Of a DNA stretch of 44,724 bases, positions 20,969-31,357 are shown piece by piece; position 1 is the stretch's first letter, and every line of letters begins with the position of its first letter. Under the pieces are notes generated by a model. That model saw nothing but the letters and a program-made list of their open reading frames with translations, ran no database searches and was not told the origin of the DNA. A program made the translations under genes and the position numbers. The DNA comes from Candidatus Peribacteraceae bacterium (GTDB lineage: Bacteria; Patescibacteriota; Gracilibacteria; Peribacterales; Peribacteraceae). The stretch covers positions 1 through 44,724 of the forward strand of contig JABFSS010000068.1 in the NCBI GenBank assembly GCA_013140485.1, written 5' to 3'.

Positions 20969-21628
20969 CTAATCTATATGAATATTTTTCCGAGGCCTAT
21001 GATTTTGTTCGTAGAGAGCGGCAAGCTCCCAATCATACGTAAAATTTGCGTCGACCCAGATTCGAAGCTCGGCAACTTCTTGGTCTATCGGCTGCTCGTT
21101 CCTCTCCTCAGGATCAGGCATCCAGTCGGGCACTGCTACTTCTTGTTGATGGAGTTCGTTCATCGCTCTGTAAATGAGCGTTTGTACAAAATCCTTCAGA
21201 TCATCGTCAGAGGGCGCAGGAATATCTTGTTCGTGCAATGCCGCACCCGCGCGCTGTGCCCACACTTCAATGTCTGCAGAAAGCGCATCCATCACCATGG
21301 CGTGTCTACTACTGACTTCTGTACAAGCGGCATGTATGGATTCCCGATTTGTGAATAGCCCAAAATATACTTGGGCTCGCTCATCTGACATACACATGAC
21401 GTTCTCTACTTCCATCCACACGTTTCTGGCCATAGTCGCCACATTACCGTTGTTGGGCACTGCCAGAACATCCGCAAGAGCTTTTCGAATAAGATCGTCT
21501 ACAAAACCCTCCAATTGCTCGTCTGTAGGATTCCTTTTGTTGAGCATGGGACGAAAGCCATTCACCCATTCTTCTCGAAAGGGTGCGACACGATCCAGAA
21601 TCTGTTCTCCAAGGTCTGATTCATGCAT
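20969..21628 (-). CDS. Hypothetical protein
   Basis: 219-aa acidic, helical-looking ORF. Confidence 0.7.
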   Translation of the reverse strand: MHESDLGEQILDRVAPFREEWVNGFRPMLNKRNPTDEQLEGFVDDLIRKALADVLAVPNNGNVATMARNVWMEVENVMCMSDERAQVYFGLFTNRESIHAACTEVSSRHAMVMDALSADIEVWAQRAGAALHEQDIPAPSDDDLKDFVQTLIYRAMNELHQQEVAVPDWMPDPEERNEQPIDQEVAELRIWVDANFTYDWELAALYEQNHRPRKNIHID

Positions 21629-21717
21629 TAACTACAGACGCTACCACCTTCATGCCGGATCACAACTACAATGCACCCATGTAGCCACTTCCCCGCTCCT
21701 TCTACGATAGAAATGCC

Positions 21718-21776
21718 ATTACCAACAAATCAACCATCAACGTTGCCATTGATGATTGATCGGTTGATGATTGAAA
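21718..21776. repeat. Degenerate ~7-mer inverted array
   Basis: (a/c)atcaac units followed by ttgatga/ttgatcg units. Confidence 0.6.
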
Positions 21777-21777
21777 A

Positions 21778-22539
21778 TTACCGCAACTCATACGTCAGCG
21801 TCACCTGCACGTTCACTTCCTGCTCTCCTGCGGGGAGCGGCGTCGCTGTGACGTCCATCGACTTCTCCGCCATCGCCGCCGTCGCGTCGCGCCCGTACAT
21901 GATCGGTGGGACGTATCCGCCGCCTTCGTTGAAGCTCTTGAGCTCTCCGAGCGACATGCCCAATTGCTTCGCGAGCGTCTGGGCTTTCTGCTGCGCGAGC
22001 GTGATCGCCTCCTGGCGCGCTTCGGCACGCGACTTCTCGGGCTCATCGACGATAAAGCTGACGCCGCCGGCCTGGTTGGCTCCGGCATTCGTCGCCGCAG
22101 CGAGCACGTCGCTGACGGCATCGAGATCGCGAACTTTCACGCGCAAACTTTGCGAGGCGTCGAATCCGCGCATGATCTGCCGTCCTTCGTTCCAATCGTA
22201 CGCGGGGTTGAGCGAGAGACCTGCGGTGCTGATGTCTTTTTCTTCAATGCCTGCCTTTTTCACAGCTTCGAAGACGGCCGTCATGCCCTTGCCGAGCTGG
22301 TCCATCGCAGCTTTCGCCGTCGGCTGGCGCTGGATCTGGATACCGAACGTGAGTTCGGCAATGTCGGGAGTCGCGTTCGCTTTTCCTTCACCGGTGACGG
22401 AGATGAGCGTCGGTGCGACGTCTTTGACTTCGATCTTTTTGCCATACACGTAGAATCCACCGCCGATGGCGACGGCGAGCAGAACGGCGACGGACATCCA
22501 CAGAGGAGGCTGAACGGAAATGGTGCGGGAATCGTCCAT
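21778..22539 (-). CDS. SIMPL domain (DUF541/YggE-like) protein
   Basis: N-terminal TM, ISVTGEG....PDIA, GI...DI.T, AGAN...G..F, AR..AI..A..KA...A, GEQEV.V.VT..YEL. Confidence 0.9.
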   Translation of the reverse strand: MDDSRTISVQPPLWMSVAVLLAVAIGGGFYVYGKKIEVKDVAPTLISVTGEGKANATPDIAELTFGIQIQRQPTAKAAMDQLGKGMTAVFEAVKKAGIEEKDISTAGLSLNPAYDWNEGRQIMRGFDASQSLRVKVRDLDAVSDVLAAATNAGANQAGGVSFIVDEPEKSRAEARQEAITLAQQKAQTLAKQLGMSLGELKSFNEGGGYVPPIMYGRDATAAMAEKSMDVTATPLPAGEQEVNVQVTLTYELR

Positions 22540-22562
22540 AGAGAAGGGGGTGAATGAAGTAC

Positions 22563-22587
22563 GTAGGGGCGTAGCACTGCTGCGCCC
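22563..22587 (+). repeat. Single GTAG-type REP-like palindrome
   Basis: GTAG-gggcgtagca-c-tgctgcgccc. Confidence 0.45.
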
Positions 22588-22639
22588 ATTACCATAATCG
22601 TATAACGAACGAAGAGAAAGAAAGTTACATGCCCTCAAC

Positions 22640-22676
22640 AAAAAGGCCTCCACCCCCGGGCGAGGGGGGTAGAGGC
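22640..22676 (-). terminator. Intrinsic terminator of the 22681-23217 gene
   Basis: Minus strand reads gcctctacccccc...gggggtggaggcc-ttttt. Confidence 0.7.
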
Positions 22677-22680
22677 GAAT

Positions 22681-23217
22681 TCACACCATGGGTTTCGCCA
22701 CGAGGCGAAAGAAGCGCTTTTTCTCTTTTGCGCCCCGTTCATCGGCATTCGCGCCGACTTTCCCTTTTTTGGCCTCGTCGAGTGAGACGTACACCTCGAC
22801 GAGAACGTTGTGCGCCTTGCCGATGGCGGCGGCAATTTTGTTACTGTCCGGGAGGGGCAGAGAAAACTCCGCCTCCAAGACATTTGCGGCCACGAAGCGC
22901 AATCTTTGCAGCTTCGCAATCGGCTTCGACCCGGCTGTGTACCGGACCGTCACTTGATATGTGACGTCGTCCTTTGTCGCCCGGTCGACGACTGTTGCCT
23001 TTTCGTGGCCGAGCGCTTCCAGCGCTCCGGCCAAGAATTTTTCGAAGGCCTCGCGGTCGTCGCGCGAAGCCTTCTTCGAAAACTTGAGCGTGAACGCCTG
23101 TCGCTCAAAGTTTCCTTTTTTTTCTTTCTGAGACTCGAATTTCAGGCTTTCGAATCTCTGCGGCTCCGGACACGTGTAGACACAGGCCACGAAAACCGCG
23201 CACATGACAGCGCGCAT
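22681..23217 (-). CDS. Hypothetical exported protein
   Basis: 178 aa, hydrophobic N-terminus, followed by a terminator. Confidence 0.65.
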   Translation of the reverse strand: MRAVMCAVFVACVYTCPEPQRFESLKFESQKEKKGNFERQAFTLKFSKKASRDDREAFEKFLAGALEALGHEKATVVDRATKDDVTYQVTVRYTAGSKPIAKLQRLRFVAANVLEAEFSLPLPDSNKIAAAIGKAHNVLVEVYVSLDEAKKGKVGANADERGAKEKKRFFRLVAKPMV

Positions 23218-23317
23218 GATGCCTCCAAAAAAGAGAACCCATCCATGATGTGAATTATCAATACGAAGCTCCTTGCTTCGTTCTAATAATATAAACTATT
23301 TATTAAATTAAGCAATT

Positions 23318-24088
23318 TCACGCTGCGGCCTCACTGATGCCATATTTTTGATACCCCTCTTTCTCCAGCGTCCTCGCCAGCTCCATTCCCCCACTCTCCA
23401 CAATCTTCCCGTTCACCATCACGTGCACGTGATCGGGTTCGACGTAATCGAGCAGTCGCGCGTAGTGCGTGACCATCACAGCCGAGAAATTAGGAGACCT
23501 CATGGCGTTGATACCCTCAGAGACAGTCTTGAGCGCGTCGATGTCGAGACCGGAATCCGTCTCATCCAAAAGCGCGACAAGTGGTTGGAGCATCGCCATC
23601 TGGAGCACCTCGGCTTTCTTCTTCTCGCCGCCGGAAAATCCTTTGTTCACGAAACGTTCGGCGAAAGCGCCGTCCATGTGGAGCGTCTTCATTTTCTCTT
23701 CGAGGGCCTTTTTGAATTTGATCGGTGAAATGATCTTGGGCAATGAATCACGGACTGCAGACTGCGCCTTGTGCGCGGCGAACAGAAAACTTCTGAGCGT
23801 GACACCCGCAATCTCTTTGGGATACTGGAATGCGAGAAAAAGTCCGCGCGCGGCTCGGTCGGATGCGGGGAGTGCGAGAAGATCCTTACCGAGGAATGCC
23901 GCTGATCCTGATGTCACCGTGTACTTGGGATGGCCCATGAGCGTATTCACGAGTGAGGATTTGCCCGACCCGTTCGGGCCCATGATCGCGTGGATCTCGC
24001 CGGGGCGGACATTCAACGTCACTCCCTGCACGACCTTTTTCCCTTCGACGGAAATGTGGAGATCTGTGACGGAAAGGAGGACGGACAT
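23318..24088 (-). CDS. sufC: Fe-S cluster assembly ATPase SufC
   Basis: HAIMGPNGSGKS, FLAFQYP.EI.GV, GFSGGEKK..E, LDETDSGLDIDAL. Confidence 0.97.
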   Translation of the reverse strand: MSVLLSVTDLHISVEGKKVVQGVTLNVRPGEIHAIMGPNGSGKSSLVNTLMGHPKYTVTSGSAAFLGKDLLALPASDRAARGLFLAFQYPKEIAGVTLRSFLFAAHKAQSAVRDSLPKIISPIKFKKALEEKMKTLHMDGAFAERFVNKGFSGGEKKKAEVLQMAMLQPLVALLDETDSGLDIDALKTVSEGINAMRSPNFSAVMVTHYARLLDYVEPDHVHVMVNGKIVESGGMELARTLEKEGYQKYGISEAAA

Positions 24089-24191
24089 GGAAACAGAATA
24101 GCAGGAAACGCTTCGGAAAGAGGAAAACTCGATACTAGTCCCTAATAACTAATCACTAATAACTACTATTCTAATACTCTATTCTCTGCCT

Positions 24192-24476
24192 ATGCCGAAG
24201 GTCACCTTCCACTACAGCGGCCAAATCAAAACCGTCGAGGCGGCAGAAGGTCAGACTGTCCTCCAAATCGCATTGGACGCCGGCATCCCGATGGAACATG
24301 CCTGCGGCGGCAACGGCTTCTGCACCACCTGCATGTGCCATGTGAAAGAAGGCATGGCGAACCTGAGTCCGCGCAATGACCGTGAAGAGAACATGGGAGT
24401 GACGGAGGATCCGGACCGACTGAGTTGTCAGTCTGAAGTGCAAGGAGATGTCACCGTAGAAGTGATTGAGTATTAA
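24192..24476 (+). CDS. 2Fe-2S ferredoxin
   Basis: HACGGNGFCTTC...RLSCQ. Confidence 0.93.
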   Translation: MPKVTFHYSGQIKTVEAAEGQTVLQIALDAGIPMEHACGGNGFCTTCMCHVKEGMANLSPRNDREENMGVTEDPDRLSCQSEVQGDVTVEVIEY

Positions 24477-24529
24477 GTATGTTGTATGTGGTATGTAGCT
24501 ACATACAACATACTGAATACCACATACTT
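24468..24529. repeat. Degenerate 7-mer inverted array between convergent genes
   Basis: gtatgtt/gtatgtg units followed by acatac/aatacc units; a similar ctaata array lies at 24133-24185. Confidence 0.65.
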
Positions 24530-24531
24530 CG

Positions 24532-25296
24532 TCAGACCTTGGCCAGGGATAGAAGTTTGGCCTTCACCTCTTCATCATACGGCTCGATTTTATTGATTCT
24601 CCGGTACGTCTCTTCCGCTTTCTCCGTATTGCCCAACTGGAGATACGACTCGGCCAGCAGACGCAGAAGTTCCGTACTGCGCGCGAGCCGCAGCGTGGCT
24701 TTTTCGAGCAGCGGCGCGGCTTCTTCGAACCGCTTGGCGGCGATGCACGCGCGGCCCAAGGCCGCTGAGCGTTCCGGCGTCTGTGGATCGCGGTTCAAGG
24801 CTTCCTGATACGCCTGGCACGCCTCGATGTACTTGGCCTGCCGGTAGTACGCGAGCCCGAGGTTGCTGTGGAACGACACTTCGTCGCGGTGCTGGAGCAG
24901 TTCACGGTACATCGCTTCGGCTTTGTTTTCGCGCCCGCTCGTGAGGTACAGCTTCGCGAGCATCGCCTGCACATCATATGCATTCGGCTGTACGGTGAGC
25001 GCCTGGATGCAGAGCCGCTCCACGTCTTCGACTTTGTCCTGCGCCAACGCCTTCTCGGCCTGACGGACGAGCGAACGCACTTGCTGCAATTCTATCGCGG
25101 ACGTGCGGGGGGATTTTCGCGGACGCGCGACATTGCGTTCCTCCACCACCAATGCGCCGCGCTCCTCGGCGGACCGCACTCTCTGTTTCATGGATCTGAC
25201 GAAGCGCCGCACGGCCCGGTTGCGCAAGAGCGCCCGGAAACCGAACAATAAAACGATGCCGGCAAGGGAAGCGGAAAGGACGAGGACGTAGAGCAT
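24532..25296 (-). CDS. Membrane-anchored tetratricopeptide-repeat protein
   Basis: N-terminal TM; TPR-like repeats (LAKLY...AEAMY, NLGLAYY...AYQEAL...P). Confidence 0.85.
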   Translation of the reverse strand: MLYVLVLSASLAGIVLLFGFRALLRNRAVRRFVRSMKQRVRSAEERGALVVEERNVARPRKSPRTSAIELQQVRSLVRQAEKALAQDKVEDVERLCIQALTVQPNAYDVQAMLAKLYLTSGRENKAEAMYRELLQHRDEVSFHSNLGLAYYRQAKYIEACQAYQEALNRDPQTPERSAALGRACIAAKRFEEAAPLLEKATLRLARSTELLRLLAESYLQLGNTEKAEETYRRINKIEPYDEEVKAKLLSLAKV

Positions 25297-25368
25297 ACGG
25301 CGTCCAAATGGACGAAAGAAGATACCATGCACAGAGCCCACCAGCAAGACATGGCCTGAGGAAGCCAA

Positions 25369-25478
25369 TCCCTCGTTACGCCTGCAGTTCCACTGCAGGC
25401 TACTCGGGATGACATTCAATACTCTTCAGGTTGTCATCCCGAGTAGCTCAGCGCGGAGCGCTGAGCGTATCGAGGGAC
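25369..25478. repeat. Inverted dimer of TGTC-tagged palindromic repeats
   Basis: 25369-25414(-) and 25432-25478(+) with a 17-nt spacer; the second copy overlaps the holB 3' end. Confidence 0.9.
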
Positions 25479-26434
25479 AGGACAAAGTTCTGTGTCAACA
25501 ACTGCCTATTCACATTGGTTTCCAAATTCCGGCACAGATCCGCGAGATTCCGGACCACCGACGGCGTGGCCTCCTCGTTCTCCTCCCGGAGCGCGAGCGA
25601 GAGATGAAGAAGAAACTGGTCGGAGTCGGCCGTACGTTGATGGAGGGGTTGCAGCAGCTGCATCCGTTCGACGTTGGACCGGCTGTGCCAGAACGCGAGC
25701 GCGCTGCTGTACACCTGCCGTTCTTTGCGGAGGAGATCGGGGTTTTCGCGCAAACGCTTGATGACGCCGGGCGCGCCCTGTGCGACGCGCAGAAGAAATT
25801 GACGTTCATCATCCTCTGCCCCCGAGAGGAGTGGTTCGAGTTCACTGTCCGTGAGACGCGAAAAGTTCATCGTACGTGCGCGCGAGACGAGTGTCGGGAC
25901 CAGCGAGGCGAGCGATTGCGTCGTCAGGAGGAAGACGACGCCCTCGGGCGGTTCTTCCAAAATCTTGAGTAGTGAACTGACAGCGGTGGTCTGCATGCGC
26001 TCGACCGAGCGGATGATGCAGCAGCGGAATTTCCCCGCGCCCACTTCGTGCAGGCGCTCCTGCACCGCGCGGATATCGTCGATGCTGATCGTGTCGGTCT
26101 TCGCGGGCGTATCTTTGGCACGGTGCTGCTGCGGAATGTTCGACGATCTCGCGATTACGGCAAAATCTTCGCAGACGTCTTCGATCCATAGTTGGTCGAG
26201 GACAATCAGATCGGGATGCAGCAGCCGGTCGATCTGGTCATTGATCGCCGGGCATTCTTCTTTCTTGTGTCCGTGACAGAGCAGTTGCCGTGCGAACCAA
26301 TTCGCCACCGCGAATTTTCCCAAATGCTGCGCTCCGGAAAACAAATACGCGTGCACCACGTTGCCCTGGTCGAGATCCGTCTGCAGTTCCGCGAGCTGCG
26401 GACGGTGGCCGAGGATCTCCGAGGAAAGACTCAT
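25448..26434 (-). CDS. holB: DNA polymerase III delta' subunit
   Basis: ILGH, HAYLFSG...GK, HPDL, ISIDDIR, LLKILEEPP, PTLVSRA. Confidence 0.9.
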   Translation of the reverse strand: MSLSSEILGHRPQLAELQTDLDQGNVVHAYLFSGAQHLGKFAVANWFARQLLCHGHKKEECPAINDQIDRLLHPDLIVLDQLWIEDVCEDFAVIARSSNIPQQHRAKDTPAKTDTISIDDIRAVQERLHEVGAGKFRCCIIRSVERMQTTAVSSLLKILEEPPEGVVFLLTTQSLASLVPTLVSRARTMNFSRLTDSELEPLLSGAEDDERQFLLRVAQGAPGVIKRLRENPDLLRKERQVYSSALAFWHSRSNVERMQLLQPLHQRTADSDQFLLHLSLALREENEEATPSVVRNLADLCRNLETNVNRQLLTQNFVLSLDTLSAPR

Positions 26435-26465
26435 TGGAGGTTCATGATAGCAAAATTTCCCCGGA

Positions 26466-26536
26466 GATGAATTATGAATAACGAAGCATGAATCATGGTT
26501 AGATTCCATAATTCATGATTCATAAATCATGCTTCT
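26466..26536. repeat. Degenerate 7-mer inverted array
   Basis: atgaatt/atgaatc units followed by attcat units. Confidence 0.65.
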
Positions 26537-26719
26537 TTTAGTGTGCGAACAGCGTAAACGCGGGAATCAGGAACACGCTCAAGAAAAACACGAACATCGC
26601 CGTCGCGCTGCTACGTTCCTTTCGGTGAGGATTAGGGATGAACATAGAGAGGAGGGGGATATGCAAAGAAGACGGCCCGAAGCGGAGGTTCTTACTAAAA
26701 CTTTTGATATACTTCGGGA

Positions 26720-27001
26720 ATGCAACGCATCGAAATCTCCTTGCGAGGATTCCTCAGCTTCCACAAAGGAATCGTGAACGCCGTGATTCACGTTCTTGGA
26801 ATCTCGCTGGCCGTCTACGGCGTCTGGACGATGAACTGGCCGCTGATCATCGTTGCTCCGCTGATCATGGAAGCGGGTCATGCCTACAATCATTTTCGGA
26901 AAATCGAAAGCTATCCCGTTCGCGTTCTGCCACTGCAGTTGGCGACCTACATCACGTTTCTTGTAGTGGTATATCTGGTGAGAATACTCATTGCAGGCTA
27001 G
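26720..27001 (+). CDS. Small membrane protein, DUF962/Mpo1-like
   Basis: FH....N..IH..GI and GH motifs with hydrophobic segments; TGaTATACT lies 6 nt before the ATG. Confidence 0.65.
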   Translation: MQRIEISLRGFLSFHKGIVNAVIHVLGISLAVYGVWTMNWPLIIVAPLIMEAGHAYNHFRKIESYPVRVLPLQLATYITFLVVVYLVRILIAG

Positions 27002-27047
27002 AACGCGCTATTTGCCATAATTTATATATAATGATATAATAATAAAT

Positions 27048-27977
27048 ATGAAAATCCCCCTGCCGGACCGTATTAAGGCATACCAAGCCGGCATCGAAAG
27101 GAAGGCGACTGAGTCTGGTTTTGCTGCCGAAGTTTTGGATCAATTTGGTCCAAGAATCCGCGACCTTCTCGCAAGTGCTAATAGCACTTCATCGGCTGAA
27201 CTCGAAATTGAATTCCACAATTTACAATTAGAGGCGCGCACGCTCCATCAGAAACTCTTCGCAAGAAATAAAACCGTGAGTGAGGGGTACAAACCAGGAG
27301 ACCGTGTTTTAACGGAAGCGGGCTCTGCCACGGTGCGTGAGGCACTATTATCGTTCGGTCGTTGGACTGTCTCCGTCGAAATAGATAATGGCAGAGTGAC
27401 TCACGGTACGAAAACGGGAAGTGCAATCAAAAGACTTGGAGAATTGAATGCAGACGAGCACAAGCGCTACGATCTTTGCGTCGGACTGGGAGCATACGTA
27501 AAAGACTTATTTTTAGAGAACATGGTGAAGGACGAAAAAGCCCCGGCGTACGCTCGAATACTGGACATGGCATTTCAAGATCCACAAGTTATCGCGGACC
27601 TGGCCAAAGAAGCCGCTTCTATTGAACAAAAAACTGGCATGACAGGCCAACTTCCTGTTTTGGAGACGCGCGTGCGGGAGTTGCTTGCCTTAAAAAGAAA
27701 GAAGGAAAGAAAGAAGGGCGGTGATAAAAAAATAAAAGTGCCAAAGCCCAGAATATTTGGGCGCACCGAGGTAGGAGGCCTCTTTCTCCTTGCCTTGCGT
27801 GACAATATTTGGGGACTACGAAACACTGCGGACAGTCCTGAAGACTATCCAAAATTTTTAGAGGCATCTATACCACGCGCAATCCGACCATTCATTAGCG
27901 AGGCGGGGGGCGACATTGTCAATGATCATACGAGAAAGAATGCAGAACGGAGAGAGGATGAAGAAAGCAGGAGATAA
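27048..27977 (+). CDS. Hypothetical protein
   Basis: 309-aa ORF; TTGCCA-17-TATAAT lies 7 nt before the ATG. Confidence 0.8.
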   Translation: MKIPLPDRIKAYQAGIERKATESGFAAEVLDQFGPRIRDLLASANSTSSAELEIEFHNLQLEARTLHQKLFARNKTVSEGYKPGDRVLTEAGSATVREALLSFGRWTVSVEIDNGRVTHGTKTGSAIKRLGELNADEHKRYDLCVGLGAYVKDLFLENMVKDEKAPAYARILDMAFQDPQVIADLAKEAASIEQKTGMTGQLPVLETRVRELLALKRKKERKKGGDKKIKVPKPRIFGRTEVGGLFLLALRDNIWGLRNTADSPEDYPKFLEASIPRAIRPFISEAGGDIVNDHTRKNAERREDEESRR

Positions 27978-28089
27978 AAACCTTATGTATTCTTCATGTG
28001 ATGCAGAAAAACCTCTTCCGGAAGCCATAATCTTCAAATCAGATCCTACAAAATTGTGTAGCGAGCAGAAGGTGATAGATTGAACGCAT

Positions 28090-28401
28090 ATGGCTCGCGG
28101 TGAAACTATTGAAGTCCGGCAAATCGGCAAACTGGTTCAAGTAAAAGGCAATGTGGCCATCGTGGAATGGGAAGATCGAGAGCAAGAAGAGGTGCGAGCT
28201 CCTGCACTTGCTAAATGCAAAAGCGGACAAGAATTTGAGGCGATGGTAACGAGAGACCGAGAAACATACAGATTTAAAAGTTTGGATTGCTGCCAATTAC
28301 TGGAACCAACCCGTGAAATCACTGAATCTGAGTCTGATGAATTATGGAGATCACTGCAGACGACAGCGAACCTCCCAAGTTCGTCGTGGGATGAGTTATG
28401 A
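28090..28401 (+). CDS. Hypothetical protein
   Basis: 103-aa ORF convergent with secA. Confidence 0.6.
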   Translation: MARGETIEVRQIGKLVQVKGNVAIVEWEDREQEEVRAPALAKCKSGQEFEAMVTRDRETYRFKSLDCCQLLEPTREITESESDELWRSLQTTANLPSSSWDEL

Positions 28402-28436
28402 ACAGGTCTTATGACTTATAATTCTTGATTCATCTC

Positions 28437-31271
28437 TCACGCATTTTTCCCGTGGCATTTCTTATATTTTTTTCCTGATCCACACGGACAAGGATCATTT
28501 CGACCTATCTCCTGAGTTGAACGCTGCTGCTTGCCCGCCGTAGCCTTGGCGGAGGTGGGAGGAGTTGCCGAACGTTTTTGAGGCTGCTGCGCAGTCATGT
28601 TGAACGGAATATCTTTTGCTTCTTCCGGACTGAGCTGCAACGTAGTCCCTCCGCCGCCGCCGGTGAGCGACACTTCGATATCGGCTTCATTTGTTTGTAG
28701 ATCTGCTTCGCGCTCTTCTTCGTCGAAGACGACCATGGATTGTGGCGCGAACATCGCGAAGTCGGATTGGAGGAGCGTGCGCACGATGGTGCTGTCGATG
28801 GTCTGGAGGAGTTGCTGGAAGCGGCGGAAGCCCTGGTCCTGGTATTCAATGAGTGGATCGCGCTGCGCGTAGCCACTGAACGCGACTTGTTCACGCAGAT
28901 GCGACATGTCGTCGATATGGTCCATCCAGTGCGCGTCGATGCTGCGCAGTGTGATGATGCTTTCGGCACGGCCGACGAGTGTGACATCGAAGGATTCACA
29001 CTTCTCTTTGTAGAAGCGGTGGATGAACACGGTGACGTCATCCTTGAGAATCTCGCGGTCCGTGTACTTCTTCAACTTCTCGATGCTGAATTCTTGCGCG
29101 AATTCCTGATGCAAAGCGCCGAGCCCGGCCGTGATCTTCTGCACTTCCCACTCTTCAGGATCATCCGTCCGCGCATGGACATCAACGAGACTGTGACTAT
29201 CTCTGCGCATCGCAGCGAGTATTTCTTCATGGAGCGGTAAGGCCACAGAAGTCGCAGAGGTGACAGAGGTGTCTGTCACATCTGTGGCGTCTGTCACTTC
29301 TGTCGCCTTCTCCCCTTCGGCAATTCTTTCGAGGATCTTCTGTCTCCGTATATAAATAATGTTCCGGTGCCGATTCATCACGTCGTCGTACTGCAGAACA
29401 TGGCGGCGGATGTCGAAGTTTCTGCCTTCCACTTTCTTCTGGGCACTCTCGATGGAACGCGAGACCATTCCGTTTTCGAGAGGAACGTCGTCGGGAACGC
29501 GCAGACGTTCCATCATCGACTTCAATCGATCTCCGCCAAAGAGCCGCATCAGGTCGTCCTCCATCGAGACGAAGAAGAGACTTTCACCGGGGTCTCCCTG
29601 GCGGCCCGCGCGTCCGCGCAGCTGGTTATCAATGCGGCGAGCTTCGTGGCGTTCGGTGCCTAGGATGGCGAGACCACCGAGCGCGGCGACGCCCGCGCCG
29701 AGTTTGATGTCGGTACCGCGTCCGGCCATGTTTGTGGCGATCGTGACGCTCTTTTCTTGGCCGGCATTCGCGACGATTTCGGCTTCTTTCTCGTGCTGCT
29801 TGGCATTGAGAACTTGATGCGGGACGCCCTCTCGTTCCAGGAGCGCGCTCATCGCTTCGGATTTTTCGACGGACGTGGTGCCGATGAGGATCGGCTGGCC
29901 CTTCTCGTACTTCTCCTTCGCAATCTTCGCGACTGCCGTGAACTTGGCCGCGACGGTTCGGTAGACCGCATCCGCCCGGTCATTGCGGACCATCTGGCGG
30001 TGTGTCGGGATCGTGAGGACGCGCAATTTATAGATCGACTCGAATTCTTCTTCTTCCGTTTTCGCCGTACCCGTCATGCCGGCGAGTTTTTTGAACAGGC
30101 GGAAGTAGTTCTGAAACGTGATTGTTGCGAGTGTTTTGGATTCGCGTTGAACGGGAACGCGCTCTTTGGCTTCAATGGCCTGATGGAGTCCGTGACTGTA
30201 GCGGCGCCCCGGCATCAGGCGACCTGTGAACTCATCGACGATGACCACTTCGTTGGCGGGGTTCACGACGTAATCGACATCGCGTGCGAAGATTGCATGC
30301 GCCTTGAGCGCCTGTTCGATGTGATGCACTTCCTGAAACCCGCGGTCCGTGTAGATATTCTCAATGCCGAGGAGCTGCTCCATCTTCTTGATCCCTTCTT
30401 CGGTCAGCACCGCCGTCCGTTGCTTCTCGTCTTTCGTGTAGTGCTCGCCTTCTTTCAACTGACCGACGAGCTGCGCGTACTGCGCGTACTTGGTCGTCGA
30501 TTCGTCCGCCGGCTGGCTGATGATGAGTGGGGTGCGCGCTTCGTCGATGAGGATGGAGTCGACTTCGTCGACGATGGCGTAATGGAGACCTCTTTGAACC
30601 TGGCGCTCCCGCGACGGGGCCATGTTGTCGCGCAAGTAATCGAACCCGAATTCGCTGTTGGTGCCGTACGTGACGTCGGACGCATAGGCTTCTCGACGTT
30701 GCGCCGTGGGAAGTCCATGCACGACCACGCCGACCGTGAGGCCGAGCGCCTTATAGAGGAGGCTCATCCAGGTCGCGTCGCGGCGCGCGAGGTAATCGTT
30801 GACCGTGACGACGTGGACTCCTTTACCGAGGAGCGCGTTGAGGTACACGGGGAGCGTACACACGAGCGTCTTGCCTTCCCCTGTCCGCATTTCGGCGATG
30901 TTTCCGCGGTGGAGCGCCACGCCGCCCAAGATCTGCACGTCGAACGGGATCATGTCCCATCCGAATTCTTGCTTTCCCATTTGGATCTTCGCCCCGGATT
31001 CCTTGAGGAGTTCGCAGGCGCGAATGGCCACGGCGAAGGCTTCCGGAAGAATGTCATTCAACACCTTTTGCACATCCTTCCCCGCCGCGATTTCAGATTG
31101 GATGCGCGACTTGAGCTCCGCCGTCTTCTTCGGCAAATCCGCGAGAGTCAGCGCCCGGATCGCCGGATCCTTTTCCGCCTGCCGCACAGTCGCGATCATC
31201 GGCCTCAGCCGCTTGAGTTCCTTTTCGTTGGGATCGCCGAGGAGCTTGTTGAGGGTGTCGAGGAAGGCCAT
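28437..31271 (-). CDS. secA: Preprotein translocase ATPase SecA
   Basis: [81 protein letters not shown]. Confidence 0.99.
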   Translation of the reverse strand: MAFLDTLNKLLGDPNEKELKRLRPMIATVRQAEKDPAIRALTLADLPKKTAELKSRIQSEIAAGKDVQKVLNDILPEAFAVAIRACELLKESGAKIQMGKQEFGWDMIPFDVQILGGVALHRGNIAEMRTGEGKTLVCTLPVYLNALLGKGVHVVTVNDYLARRDATWMSLLYKALGLTVGVVVHGLPTAQRREAYASDVTYGTNSEFGFDYLRDNMAPSRERQVQRGLHYAIVDEVDSILIDEARTPLIISQPADESTTKYAQYAQLVGQLKEGEHYTKDEKQRTAVLTEEGIKKMEQLLGIENIYTDRGFQEVHHIEQALKAHAIFARDVDYVVNPANEVVIVDEFTGRLMPGRRYSHGLHQAIEAKERVPVQRESKTLATITFQNYFRLFKKLAGMTGTAKTEEEEFESIYKLRVLTIPTHRQMVRNDRADAVYRTVAAKFTAVAKIAKEKYEKGQPILIGTTSVEKSEAMSALLEREGVPHQVLNAKQHEKEAEIVANAGQEKSVTIATNMAGRGTDIKLGAGVAALGGLAILGTERHEARRIDNQLRGRAGRQGDPGESLFFVSMEDDLMRLFGGDRLKSMMERLRVPDDVPLENGMVSRSIESAQKKVEGRNFDIRRHVLQYDDVMNRHRNIIYIRRQKILERIAEGEKATEVTDATDVTDTSVTSATSVALPLHEEILAAMRRDSHSLVDVHARTDDPEEWEVQKITAGLGALHQEFAQEFSIEKLKKYTDREILKDDVTVFIHRFYKEKCESFDVTLVGRAESIITLRSIDAHWMDHIDDMSHLREQVAFSGYAQRDPLIEYQDQGFRRFQQLLQTIDSTIVRTLLQSDFAMFAPQSMVVFDEEEREADLQTNEADIEVSLTGGGGGTTLQLSPEEAKDIPFNMTAQQPQKRSATPPTSAKATAGKQQRSTQEIGRNDPCPCGSGKKYKKCHGKNA
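29244..29306. repeat. 7 x 9-nt palindromic array in frame inside secA
   Basis: cacagaagt cgcagaggt gacagaggt | gtctgtcac atctgtggc gtctgtcac ttctgtcgc. Confidence 0.8.
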
Positions 31272-31357
31272 ACGCGTGACGCTGGAGTATATCTGCGAAG
31301 ATGTTGATGTCCCAGACGAAATTGACTGTTTCTAATTAATATTTTAAAATATTTCCT

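Noticed and set aside
29757..31307. Long antisense ORF (516 aa) over secA, and similar ones over the S8 protease and the giant protein
   Set aside because: Shadow ORFs produced by GC-rich codon bias opposite well-supported genes
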